Counted from the stretch's first letter, positions 8,427 through 17,461 are shown. The stretch is 54,105 nucleotides of DNA from an uncultured Planctomycetia bacterium (GCA_964497315.1 CAZCCH010000001.1:1-54105), one strand, 5' to 3'. A program made the numbers and translations. Notes: a model not told the origin generated them from the letters alone.

Positions 8427-9356
8427 TCAATTTCCTTTCCTTAATAAAGCTACTTCTCTCCTTATTATAACTCCAATCTTATCCGATTTACTACGAAATA
8501 TTAAATTAGCGGCATGCGCAAGCGGCATATATCTGGTAGTTTTACCGTTTATCTGACAAATTAAATCCCCTTCTTTAAACCCGCTTTCTGAAGCAGGGGT
8601 TGCCCTTACAACTTCAGATATTGTTAAACCTTCTGGTTGCATTGATAAGACCATGCCTAGACGTTTTGTTCTTCCAGATTTTAAAGCTGTCATTAATCTA
8701 GCGTACCAGGGTTTTTTAATAACCGGTAGCGTCAGGTTTTTTTGAATAGTAGCCACAACTGCCGTATTTGGCTCTCCCATCAAAAACCATGCTGCTTCAT
8801 CTGGCTCCATATAATAAAGGGAAGAATCCCATGCCTTTACTATTGAATCTCCTTTTTTAATACCTTCAAAATCTGCTGGAGAATCCTCTCTTACAGAGGT
8901 AATCTTCTGTATATTATCGGTCTTTTTAAGCTTTATTCCAAGCTGTTCATATAACATTGTACTTGCCTCAGAAGAGCTAAGTTTAAGCTTTAGCCTCTTT
9001 TGCTCATCCATTGCCTTCATTATAGCATATTGTGCTTGTTTAAGCTCAGGATTCATCTGGTTTGCCTTGTAATAAAAACCTATGGCTTTATCTAAATCCT
9101 TTTCTTCAAATGCCCTATCTCCTAAATAAAGGTAATTCTGCTCTTGTGCCTCAAAAAATATTTCCTCAATCGCATATTTGGGGATAATCACCTCACCCCT
9201 ATATGTAGATAAAACTATTCTATCGTAGTGCTGTTCAACCACTAGTCCCTTTCTCATTTGGTCAGATTTCATATAAACACGATCTGCTAAGCCTTGAGAA
9301 GTATTAAATATTAAAAAACCGCAAAAAATTAATAATAGGCATGCAAGCCTTTTCAT
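8427..9356 (-). CDS. Secreted TPR/PDZ-domain protein
   Basis: N-terminal signal-like segment; TPR-like LGDRAFEEKDLDKAIGFYYKANQMNPE; two PDZ-like segments (ADFEGIKKGDSIVKA, ASESGFKEGDLICQINGKTT). Overlaps the upstream gene by 4 nt. Confidence 0.55.
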   Translation of the reverse strand: MKRLACLLLIFCGFLIFNTSQGLADRVYMKSDQMRKGLVVEQHYDRIVLSTYRGEVIIPKYAIEEIFFEAQEQNYLYLGDRAFEEKDLDKAIGFYYKANQMNPELKQAQYAIMKAMDEQKRLKLKLSSSEASTMLYEQLGIKLKKTDNIQKITSVREDSPADFEGIKKGDSIVKAWDSSLYYMEPDEAAWFLMGEPNTAVVATIQKNLTLPVIKKPWYARLMTALKSGRTKRLGMVLSMQPEGLTISEVVRATPASESGFKEGDLICQINGKTTRYMPLAHAANLIFRSKSDKIGVIIRREVALLRKGN

Positions 9357-10327
9357 TTGCTTTTCCTTATTAGCCTTTTGTAACTCAAATAATGGTGTAT
9401 GGCCACTCCTGCAAAACTAGGGTGGTTAATATAGGTATCCACTAGTTTTTTTAGTTCTGTCTCCATATGAGCTATGCTCTTTCCCCCGAAAGTAACATGT
9501 TCATGATATAAATTCGCTTTTGTCTCCTGGCCAATATAAACCTTCTTGCCTTTTTTGGAGGCATAGTCCATCTCACCTTTTATAAGTTTAATTGAGCCAT
9601 TTTCTCCTTCTGCAAAATTCCGGTAGTCCATAACTACAATCGCATCAATTACATCTAACATATGAAAACAGGCTGGGGCATATTTGCCCTTCCACTCAAC
9701 CGACATATTTGGGTCGTCGTCATACCAAAATGGAATATCTGCAAAAAATTTTAATTTTATTCCGCGCTCCTTTATCAATTGCATTATCTTCTCATTCATA
9801 TCTAGGTATTCCCTTAAGATTTGAGCTTTATTTTCCTCCCATGCCTTCTTGAAAAGGTAGGGTTCAACATCACTATGCAATCCATCAAAGCGCTCATGTG
9901 GCTGGGACTCGAAGTTAAACATCAAAACCCCTTCAGCCCAATCCAATGCCCTCTTATGAAACCTCTCAAATGCCCAGCGGGGGTCTCCTGCTAAGGCATG
10001 TACTGAGATATTTCTCCTGTGGGCCCTTGAATTAAACTTCCTACATATAGGAGTCATTTTCCCTCTTACATTATATGCCGAATAAAAAAGAAGGTCTATA
10101 TTTTTTTTCTGACAAAAATCTAGGAGTCCTTCTGTGGCCTCCTTGTCTTCTATGACCTTCGCATCCCATACCCACATAGCCCTTGAAGGCTCTTCTTGAG
10201 CATGGTCTTTTTGTGAGTAGCTAACTTCAGCAAAAAGGCCTGTTGTGAATAAAAAAAATAGGCCGCAAAGAAAAATTCTAAAAAGCTTCGATATCAAAGC
10301 ATTTAGGCTTTTTATATTTTTCTTCAC
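9353..10327 (-). CDS. Secreted glycoside-hydrolase-like (TIM-barrel-like) protein, paralog of the central domain of the 818-aa protein
   Basis: Signal-like N-terminus. Shares blocks with ORF 12872..15328: MWVWD/LWVWK, HALAGDPRWAFERFH/EALTGTPTWALEKFH, FDGLHSDVEPYLF/MDGISLDVEPYLT, VVMDY/ALMDY. Confidence 0.5.
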   Translation of the reverse strand: MKKNIKSLNALISKLFRIFLCGLFFLFTTGLFAEVSYSQKDHAQEEPSRAMWVWDAKVIEDKEATEGLLDFCQKKNIDLLFYSAYNVRGKMTPICRKFNSRAHRRNISVHALAGDPRWAFERFHKRALDWAEGVLMFNFESQPHERFDGLHSDVEPYLFKKAWEENKAQILREYLDMNEKIMQLIKERGIKLKFFADIPFWYDDDPNMSVEWKGKYAPACFHMLDVIDAIVVMDYRNFAEGENGSIKLIKGEMDYASKKGKKVYIGQETKANLYHEHVTFGGKSIAHMETELKKLVDTYINHPSFAGVAIHHYLSYKRLIRKSK

Positions 10328-10361
10328 AGCCTATTCCCTTTGTGTTTTCATACTAACTCTT

Positions 10362-11042
10362 TTACTCTAAAGCAATGTCATCTATGTAGACAATGCCCTC
10401 ACCTGCTCCCTCTGGGAAACAATCAGCCTCAAAGCTGACTGAGATAGAGGCAAATTTCGCCGTATCAATGAAGAAATCATCCAGAGGTACTATTGCCTTC
10501 TGCCAGGTATCGGTAATCTTGCCTGCTGGAAGATAGATCCCTATCTCTTCGCTCTTTACAGAATCACCGACTTTATCCCAATGGGCATCAGCTGCGCCTA
10601 TCATAAAGTTTGTTTTTCCCTCAATACCCTTAACCCAAAGGGTTATTGAGCGATAGGCACTTGCATCAAAATACGACCTTTGCATTTCTTCATCCTCTGA
10701 TATTCCCGGCGTAGGAGAAGTAGTGCGTATTTTCTTAAGAAGGGTGTAATAACCACACCAGCCACCCATATCGAATGGCCCACCTTCATTTCTTTTATCA
10801 AATCTAAGCATCAAAGCTGTGGTTGGTCTTCCCTCTTTGTGGTCCTGCCTGAATGCCATCATTGCCTTTGAGGGTGCTTTTACATAGACATTGGTCTTAC
10901 CACCCAAAGAGTTTGTAATACTACCTGATTCAAAATCATCCACAACTACTTTCTCATTCTGGGCGTATGCCTCGCATATTAAAGCACTGGTTAAAGCAAC
11001 TCCTGCCACTGCTACAATTGCAATCTTGGTTAATCCTTTCAT
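10362..11042 (-). CDS. Secreted single-module CBM-like beta-sandwich protein (CBM11/CIA30-like, tentative)
   Basis: Signal peptide ending AYAQ; AGGAGG SD 8 nt upstream. Conserved blocks: DDFE, GGWCGYYTLL, FDAS.Y..IT.WVKG, GDSVKSEEI..YLPAGKIT..WQKA.VPL, VYIDDI. Confidence 0.5.
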   Translation of the reverse strand: MKGLTKIAIVAVAGVALTSALICEAYAQNEKVVVDDFESGSITNSLGGKTNVYVKAPSKAMMAFRQDHKEGRPTTALMLRFDKRNEGGPFDMGGWCGYYTLLKKIRTTSPTPGISEDEEMQRSYFDASAYRSITLWVKGIEGKTNFMIGAADAHWDKVGDSVKSEEIGIYLPAGKITDTWQKAIVPLDDFFIDTAKFASISVSFEADCFPEGAGEGIVYIDDIALE

Positions 11043-11059
11043 ACCTTCACCTCCTTGTT

Positions 11060-11677
11060 TTATTCAAATTTTAAATCATCTATATAAACTGTTCCCTTAC
11101 TACCACCCCCAGGGAAACATTCGGTCTCAAAACATATGGCTAGCGATGCGAGTTCTTTATGCTCTAAGAAAAATACCTCTAGAGGAACCGTTGCCTTCTG
11201 CCACTGAGTAGTGATTTTTCCTCCTGGCAGATATTTTTCGATATTTTCTGACTTTACGGAATCCCCAAGCCCTTCCCAGTGTTTATCGGCAAGGCCCACT
11301 TTAAAGCTCTCCTCCCCCAATGCACCTTTAACCTGAAAAGTTATATTTTTAAATCCTGAGGCATCAAAATACCTGTTTCCGTTACGCATCAGGGTATAAT
11401 AACCACACCAACCGCCATGGCTGAAAGGACCACCTTCACTTTTCTTATCGTATTTAATCATTAAGGCCTTACCCTTATCGCCAAAGTATTCCTTATCTGT
11501 CCTGAGAGCCAAAGAACGCGAAGGTTCTCTTTCGTATGTGCTTGAGCGGCCACCTATCAAATTGCCTGCTTTTTCGAAATTATCCACCAAAAGCTCTTCT
11601 GCGTAACCTAGAGATAATGGATAAATAATAACTGACAGTAAAATTATACAAACAAGAATTGTTTTCACTTTCACCAT
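11060..11677 (-). CDS. Secreted single-module CBM-like paralog
   Basis: Same blocks (GGWCGYYTLM, FDASGFKNITFQVKG, GDSVKSENIEKYLPGGKITTQWQKATVPL, VYIDDL). I place the start at the ATG at 11677 (GGAGG 7 nt upstream, TAATG overlap with the upstream stop) rather than the TTG at 11683 in the track. Confidence 0.5.
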   Translation of the reverse strand: MVKVKTILVCIILLSVIIYPLSLGYAEELLVDNFEKAGNLIGGRSSTYEREPSRSLALRTDKEYFGDKGKALMIKYDKKSEGGPFSHGGWCGYYTLMRNGNRYFDASGFKNITFQVKGALGEESFKVGLADKHWEGLGDSVKSENIEKYLPGGKITTQWQKATVPLEVFFLEHKELASLAICFETECFPGGGSKGTVYIDDLKFE

Positions 11678-12867
11678 TACCAATCCTCCAATAATTCTTC
11701 TTCAGTTTTAAGTGTAAATGTTAAATCATCTATATATACTATGCCTTTTTGTTTCGTATTAAAGTTTATTACAAAAGAACCCATCTGCGAAAAGTTAAGT
11801 TTTCCAAAATCTTCAAGCGGGATTATAGCCTCTTGCCATTGAGTTGTAACGCCTTCGGGTAAGTACTTTTTTATTTTGCCTGCCTTTAGGGAATCTCCTA
11901 TATTAATCCAGTTCTTATCGGCCATGCCTATCTCAAACGTCTCGCCACCTTTTTCACCCTTTATGAAAAAGGATGCACTTTTGTATCTTGATAAATCATA
12001 ATATTCACCGTCTACTTGGTTGAGCAAAGTAAAATAACCACACCAACCTGTTGACTGTTTATCATAATTTAATTTCAGGCTGCGGCCTTCACTGCCATAA
12101 TGCACATCCTCAACTCTCAACGCCCTGCAAACAGAAGGAAGTTTTTTATACGTATTGGTTTTCCTACCCAAAAGATTAAGGTCACTATGGTCAAAATTAT
12201 CCAAAAGTAAATATCCTTTGTTGTAAATCTCTTCTTCTCTGTTGGCAAGGTATTCGGTATGAAATCTTATATTGTCTATCCAGAATTCCCCACGGCCTAA
12301 TTCGTTGCAAAGAAAAACTATGCTATATATTTGCGATAAATCTGGCCCAAAAAAATCTGCCAGTGGAATAACAGCCTGTTGCCATTCAGTTGTAACACCA
12401 GAAGGTAGATACCTATAAATGGAGCCTATCATTACCGCATCTTCTCTTCTGTTGGAAATGAGGTCGTTTATTCCTATTTCAAAAGTTTCACCGCCTTCTT
12501 TTCCTTTTATCATAAATGTCATGGTTGTGTATTTTGATAAATCTGCAAGAAAGATCATATAGGTTCCACAAAAAGATTTTTCATCCTTGCGCCAATACAT
12601 CATCTTAATGGATGTGGGCACCTCTCCTTCTTTTAGTTCTTCGCCTTCATAATAAACCTTATTATCAAGATAAGCGCCGTATTTGGAAGGTTTAAGTGCA
12701 AAACCTCCTATTTTACCGCGATGGCCAAATGTCCTTTCTTGTTCAGTCAGGGCATCCTTGGAAATCTCAGGTAACTGATCTATACTAGCCATCTCGGCAT
12801 AACTTAACGGCAGGTGGCAAAAACTAAAGATTAAGCTACATATGATAAAAGTAAAAAGAACTCTCAT
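11677..12867 (-). CDS. Secreted protein with two tandem CBM-like modules
   Basis: The module occurs twice (FCGTYMIF...WIDNIRF and GWCGYFTLL...VYIDDLTF). I prefer the start at the ATG at 12867 (MRVLFTFIICSL..., GGAG 7 nt upstream) over the track start at 12894, which overlaps the upstream gene and lacks an SD. Confidence 0.5.
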   Translation of the reverse strand: MRVLFTFIICSLIFSFCHLPLSYAEMASIDQLPEISKDALTEQERTFGHRGKIGGFALKPSKYGAYLDNKVYYEGEELKEGEVPTSIKMMYWRKDEKSFCGTYMIFLADLSKYTTMTFMIKGKEGGETFEIGINDLISNRREDAVMIGSIYRYLPSGVTTEWQQAVIPLADFFGPDLSQIYSIVFLCNELGRGEFWIDNIRFHTEYLANREEEIYNKGYLLLDNFDHSDLNLLGRKTNTYKKLPSVCRALRVEDVHYGSEGRSLKLNYDKQSTGWCGYFTLLNQVDGEYYDLSRYKSASFFIKGEKGGETFEIGMADKNWINIGDSLKAGKIKKYLPEGVTTQWQEAIIPLEDFGKLNFSQMGSFVINFNTKQKGIVYIDDLTFTLKTEEELLEDW

Positions 12868-12871
12868 CTTG

Positions 12872-15328
12872 TTACTCCAATACCAATATTCCAAAAGTTG
12901 TAGGATCTCCCCAGACCCTGTTTACAGAACTAGAAAGTAAACATTTCTGTGGCGTAGCCTTATTATCACAATCACTCGGATCTACGCTAATACCAAGCTT
13001 CATGCCTTTAGCGAAAGAGGCGGGTATTGCTTCTTGTGCCCTACCTAATACTTTAGCTCCAGAAACTGGTTTAATGCCTGGTTTTTGTTTTATGGTTGAA
13101 AACAGAAGTTCCGCTGGAATTTTTACTTCCATTATATATCCGGTATCTGTCTTGCTGGCTGCTATATCAATAAGCTTCTTATAATCTAGGCCTAGGTCTG
13201 GCACCCAAACATACACCTCAGGCTTTAAATCTTTGAAATTACCCGGAGAAAATCCAAACTGAAAATCATCATAGTTGTTTATAGACTCATTGTAATCTCT
13301 CTTTAGCTCAACATCAAGCCAGAATTCAATGTGGTCTCCCTCCCACATTTGGTCTCGCTTTTTTTCCTGGACCACACTGTTGTCTGTAACATCAAAGGCA
13401 AAGTAAAGATTTTCTTCATCCCACATGCTATAGGTAGCAGCGCTCAAATCTTCAGCTCCTCCCCAGGCAGCTTTCCCATACACTGCATTTTGTTTTTTAT
13501 CAATTTTGTACGGCTTGGTGAGATCCCAATCATCTAGCTTTCCATCAATGGCAAGAGTTTCTTTTGATGCCAAACTAGCTATTTCATAAATTTTCTTAGG
13601 TCTTGGTTTAAGTGGTATGTTTTTAGCGCGGGGTAAGAGTTTATAAGAATAATAGCAATGTATAGCAAATCCTTCAAAGGCTGGATTTCTCGAAAAGGCC
13701 CTTTCAACTACTTTCAGTCTTTTTTCCATCTCTTCCCAACCTTCTTCAAAGAATGTAAACCTTCTCTCGCCCTGATTAAGCCTTATTAAATCCTGTGTTT
13801 CAACACCTATGCTTACTTGTTTGTTTGCCTGTTTTGCCATTTCTAAATGGGCTTTTCCTTTCTCAATAACCTTCTTGGGATCATCGTGATAATCCATCAG
13901 GGCGATATAATCCACTAGTTCCAAAATCCTATTTTCAAATCTCCCCTCATCTATATCAGCATAAAATGTTGAAATGGCAACGCCAAAGCGAAAATCTTGA
14001 TTATAGCTGTCAATAAGGCTACGCAGTTTTTCAAGGAGCACAATATAATCTGCTTTGATTCTTTCTCTGTCTGTTTGCCATTCTGTAGTTAGGTATGGCT
14101 CTACATCTAGAGAAATGCCATCCATTCTTTCGTTTTTAGGTCTGTCTTTGTTAAACTTCAAAAACGCCTCTACCCACCTACTGCAATCCTTATGAAATTT
14201 CTCAAGGGCCCATGTTGGGGTCCCTGTAAGTGCCTCTATTTTTAAACCTCTTTTATGCGAAGAGACCAAAAATTCAGCTAATCTTTTACAGTATTCTTTT
14301 TCTTGCTCAGGGTCAAATTCTCCAAAATATAGATATATATATTCAATAGCTGCCCGTTCACACAAGTCAAAGAGATCTTTTCTTGCCTTTAGGTTATTTA
14401 TAGGATCTATCTTCCAAACCCAAAGAGAACGCGGATGTTTTGGCTTAAGTTTTGCCTGAGGAAGATTATACGCTTCTTTCTCTTGGACTTCAGCATCAAC
14501 CTTAAAGGACATATCATCTATAAAAATTTTACCCTTACCTCCATAGCGAAACCATAAAACAACAGAACCCATATCACGCATATCCAATTCTGCCCCTACC
14601 CTTGAAAGCGGAATCTTTACCTCTTGCCATTGAGTAGTTACCCCTAAGGGTAAAAATGAATTTACATCACCTGCATAAATAGCATCTATTTGAAGCTCTT
14701 GCATATCTGAATCAGCTAGGCCTATGTCAAACTTCTCTTGACCCTTTTCACCTTTAACCCAAAAACTTAAGGTATTGTTATCGGAAACATCAAGACCATC
14801 TAATAATGTATACCATCCAGCCCAACCTGCCTCTTTTTTATAATCTATAACAAGTCCTTTACCAGTTTCCCCTCTTCTATGCTTCCTTGATTTAGATATA
14901 ATAGCATATGAGGGCCTCTTTGCCCAGGTACCCTGATATGTCCCCAGGGCTGTACTCCTTTGATAAAAAACACCTGAGGTCATTCCTTTATCAAAAGTAT
15001 CAACAATTATTCCTGAAGATACCTTTGCATCTGCAGAAAGCCCTGTTTGTTCAGGTTTAACCGCTTGCGATGTAACTGCCTGTATGCTTGTTTTAGCAAC
15101 GTCTAATATGCCAGAACTGGCCTTCTTGAAAGGAATATCAAACAATTTAGAAGATTTTAAGCTTATAGGTTTAATATTTTGCTTAAGCACATCAAAGATT
15201 GCGCCTCCAGAGAGAAGATCCATAATAAGACCTATTGTTACAATTAATACTGTCAAAATAGCTGCACCTGTGAAAACAGGATGTTTTTTTAGTTTATCAA
15301 TTGCATTTTCTGTCTTTTTCTTTCCCAT
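12872..15328 (-). CDS. Membrane-anchored multidomain protein: CBM-like module + GH-like TIM-barrel-like domain + C-terminal CBM9/DOMON-like domain
   Basis: N-terminal TM (FTGAAILTVLIVTIGLIM); CBM-like block (GWAGWYTLL...IFIDDMSF); central domain paralogous to ORF 9353..10327. The C-terminus IDGKLDDWD...AWGGAEDLSA...WDEENLYFAFDVTDN...WEGDHIEFWLD is typical of CBM9-like domains. Confidence 0.55.
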   Translation of the reverse strand: MGKKKTENAIDKLKKHPVFTGAAILTVLIVTIGLIMDLLSGGAIFDVLKQNIKPISLKSSKLFDIPFKKASSGILDVAKTSIQAVTSQAVKPEQTGLSADAKVSSGIIVDTFDKGMTSGVFYQRSTALGTYQGTWAKRPSYAIISKSRKHRRGETGKGLVIDYKKEAGWAGWYTLLDGLDVSDNNTLSFWVKGEKGQEKFDIGLADSDMQELQIDAIYAGDVNSFLPLGVTTQWQEVKIPLSRVGAELDMRDMGSVVLWFRYGGKGKIFIDDMSFKVDAEVQEKEAYNLPQAKLKPKHPRSLWVWKIDPINNLKARKDLFDLCERAAIEYIYLYFGEFDPEQEKEYCKRLAEFLVSSHKRGLKIEALTGTPTWALEKFHKDCSRWVEAFLKFNKDRPKNERMDGISLDVEPYLTTEWQTDRERIKADYIVLLEKLRSLIDSYNQDFRFGVAISTFYADIDEGRFENRILELVDYIALMDYHDDPKKVIEKGKAHLEMAKQANKQVSIGVETQDLIRLNQGERRFTFFEEGWEEMEKRLKVVERAFSRNPAFEGFAIHCYYSYKLLPRAKNIPLKPRPKKIYEIASLASKETLAIDGKLDDWDLTKPYKIDKKQNAVYGKAAWGGAEDLSAATYSMWDEENLYFAFDVTDNSVVQEKKRDQMWEGDHIEFWLDVELKRDYNESINNYDDFQFGFSPGNFKDLKPEVYVWVPDLGLDYKKLIDIAASKTDTGYIMEVKIPAELLFSTIKQKPGIKPVSGAKVLGRAQEAIPASFAKGMKLGISVDPSDCDNKATPQKCLLSSSVNRVWGDPTTFGILVLE

Positions 15329-15402
15329 TCTTTAGGAATCCCTTTCTTGTCTATTTAAGTTGTTATGACAATATATTACCCTTACTGACAATTATGACAT
15401 AT

Positions 15403-15431
15403 AGTGTATCATAATAACATTACAAATGCAA
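15403..15431 (-). promoter_or_regulatory. Sigma70-like promoter proximal to the 818-aa gene
   Basis: Minus strand TTTTTTTCTC-TTGCAT-17 nt-TACACT, with the -35 at 15426-15431 and the -10 at 15403-15408, about 75 nt upstream of the ATG at 15328. Confidence 0.5.
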
Positions 15432-15514
15432 GAGAAAAAAATTAACTTTTTATTATCCTAACAATATGGTGGGTAATTTTGGAAGAAATTAAAGACATAA
15501 TAAAAATTTTCTTG

Positions 15515-15561
15515 GCTAAAAATAAAACGAGAGACTTCCATTTTTTGGTTGTCTCTCGTTT
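15515..15561 (-). terminator. Rho-independent terminator (minus strand)
   Basis: 11-bp perfect stem, aaacgagagac (15525-15535) / gtctctcgttt (15551-15561), with a 15-nt loop. On the minus strand it is followed by UUUUAUUUUUAGCC. Confidence 0.7.
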
Positions 15562-15584
15562 GGGCTAAGATTAACCAAGAAGAA

Positions 15585-15630
15585 CCCTTGGCATAAAATC
15601 TAGTTTGTAAAATTTATTTTATGCCAAGGG
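15585..15630. other. 15-bp perfect inverted repeat (stem-loop)
   Basis: cccttggcataaaat (15585-15599) and attttatgccaaggg (15616-15630) are exact reverse complements, separated by a 16-nt loop. Confidence 0.8.
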
Positions 15631-15733
15631 CTTTGCCTTTGTCGAGGAGGTGCCCATATTTTCCGTTGTCTTTTTAAAGATCTTTTAGAAAGTTACATAT
15701 CAAAAATACGAATGCTTCTAGTCCCTACTTTAC

Positions 15734-15762
15734 AATATAGCCGAATAAGACAATTTTGTCAA
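15734..15762 (-). promoter_or_regulatory. Near-consensus sigma70-like promoter with no adjacent ORF
   Basis: Minus strand TTTTTTTC-TTGACA-17 nt-TATATT, with the -35 at 15757-15762 and the -10 at 15734-15739. Confidence 0.6.
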
Positions 15763-15938
15763 GAAAAAAATTAATTTTTTTTCATTTGTGGATTTACTTT
15801 TTAAAATCGTTGAAAAAGCACCTCTGGCAAAACACATATTTTTTCACAACCTATAGGAATTTACATATATTGGGGCAATCCAATCGAAAAATAAAGCATT
15901 AGGTCCAAAATCAAACTCTAAGAGTCTTCTGGATACTC

Positions 15939-15996
15939 ATGATACGGTTCTAAGCATAATTTCCTAAATTAACCGTATCATTTAGAACCGTATCAT
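15939..15996. repeat. Three copies of the 10-bp motif AACCGTATCA (one inverted); the outer pair forms a 13-bp inverted repeat
   Basis: tgatacggtt at 15940-15949; aaccgtatca at 15971-15980 and 15986-15995. atgatacggttct (15939-15951) is the exact reverse complement of agaaccgtatcat (15984-15996). Confidence 0.85.
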
Positions 15997-16027
15997 ACAT
16001 TTTTAGTATCTTGGTGGGATTTTTGAC

Positions 16028-17461
16028 TTATCTTGAAGGGTTTAGTGATATATCAGCTGTGCAATAGCCCTCAGTGAATATATCCGCCCCTTGAGGGTCT
16101 TTCACGCTAGCTATCTGCCTGCCAAAGGAATCTATGAACACAGAAAAACCTGTATTTCCGCATCTAACCACAGGAACCTTGTTTTCCACTGCCCTAAATA
16201 CAGAGGCTTGCGCGTGTTGATAGGGAGCACTGGATTTTCCAAACCAAGCATCGTTTGTAATATTTACTAAAAAATCTGCGCCATTTTTAACAAAGCGTTT
16301 TGTTAAGTCCGGAAAGATATCTTCAAAACATATAAGCGTACTAAACTTTGCAGTTGTTGGGCTAAGTTGCTCAAAAACAGTATATTCTTTACCAGGCTTA
16401 AAGTCTCCAATTGGCGCAGGTGAAATTTCTCTTATAAAGCCTAAACTTTTTTCAAAAGGAACATACTCACCAAATGGAACCAATTTTATCTTATCATATC
16501 TTTGTTGAATACTTCCATCTTTCAAAACAAAAAGGGCGCTGTTTGTATATTTGCCTGATGGTAATGAAATTGGAGCACCTATTAAAAGGTTTGTCTTTAA
16601 CTGTCTTGTTAAATGCCTTATTTGCCTAAAAATTACCTGATCTTCATAAGGATCTGCTGGTATGGCTGTCTCAGGCCAAATAATAAGATCTGGTTTATCC
16701 AGGAATGCTAGCTTGGAAAGGTGTATGTATTTTCCTAAAATTTCCTGGGTTTTTTCTGGATCCCACTTATCTTCTTGTAGGATGTTTCCTTGTATAACTG
16801 AAATCCTCACTTTATCTCTCTTGTCTAAATCTTTTGAGGTTTTAAGTTGAGAAAACCCATATATATAAACACCCGTTATGACTATCAAGATGCAAACTAC
16901 CACATATAACTTTTGCTTTAATTGTGTCTTTAGGTAAAATAATCTATACAAAGCAATATTCACTGCCATAATCAAAAAAGACACTCCCCAGACACCTACA
17001 AAACTTGCAATCTGTATTACTGGCAAATTAAGCCATTGAGAATAACCAAGTAAAACCCATCCAAAACCACTTAATGCATTAGCCCTTATAAATTCTAAAC
17101 CAACCCAGAGACTGCTTATAAGAACAGTTTCCAACATTAAGGGTAGTTTCTTAGAGAATATAATATTTGAAAGAAAACAAAAAACACCAAAATATAATCC
17201 AAGATATAATACAAGTACTATAAGACCAAAGACACTAACATATGAAAGCCAATATAGGCAACCAAAGAAAAAAACTATACCTGCTAGATATCCTAGCAAG
17301 AAGGCATTTTGGGGTTTTTTGCCAAAGATGGCTGCAAACAATGGTATGAATGCAAACCATGCAAAAAGGTATATATTCGTATTGGGAAATGATAAGGTGA
17401 GTAATGTGGCAGAAATTATGCTTAAAAAAATACAAGACCACTCTTTTTGTATATTTTTCAT
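16028..17461 (-). CDS. lnt: Apolipoprotein N-acyltransferase
   Basis: Polytopic N-terminal half plus a CN-hydrolase domain (LIIWPETA, KIKLVPFGEYVP, LICFEDIFP). The start overlaps the RND2 stop by 4 nt. Confidence 0.85.
   Translation of the reverse strand: MKNIQKEWSCIFLSIISATLLTLSFPNTNIYLFAWFAFIPLFAAIFGKKPQNAFLLGYLAGIVFFFGCLYWLSYVSVFGLIVLVLYLGLYFGVFCFLSNIIFSKKLPLMLETVLISSLWVGLEFIRANALSGFGWVLLGYSQWLNLPVIQIASFVGVWGVSFLIMAVNIALYRLFYLKTQLKQKLYVVVCILIVITGVYIYGFSQLKTSKDLDKRDKVRISVIQGNILQEDKWDPEKTQEILGKYIHLSKLAFLDKPDLIIWPETAIPADPYEDQVIFRQIRHLTRQLKTNLLIGAPISLPSGKYTNSALFVLKDGSIQQRYDKIKLVPFGEYVPFEKSLGFIREISPAPIGDFKPGKEYTVFEQLSPTTAKFSTLICFEDIFPDLTKRFVKNGADFLVNITNDAWFGKSSAPYQHAQASVFRAVENKVPVVRCGNTGFSVFIDSFGRQIASVKDPQGADIFTEGYCTADISLNPSR

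Larger units (their letters stand above)
15512..15727 (-). ncRNA. Candidate ~210-nt small RNA (orphan promoter-to-terminator unit)
   Basis: Bounded by a near-consensus promoter (15734-15762) and a canonical terminator (15515-15561). It has no ORF of 60 aa or more. It contains a 15-bp perfect hairpin and a GGGCACCUCCUCG segment (anti-SD-like CCUCC). Confidence 0.45.

Noticed and set aside
15630-15660. A second c-di-GMP riboswitch suggested by CGACAAAGGCAAAGCCC in the gap transcript
   Set aside because: It shares only GGCAAAGCC. It lacks the GGGCAAAC block, the ACGCA core and the GNRA hairpin spacing seen at 4598-4668.
15939-15996. The 13-bp inverted repeat as the intrinsic terminator of the efflux-lnt operon
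   Set aside because: The loop is 32 nt and no U-tract follows on the minus strand (GAGUAUCC). The real terminator-like structures are 380-480 nt further downstream. I keep it as a protein-binding or repeat element instead.
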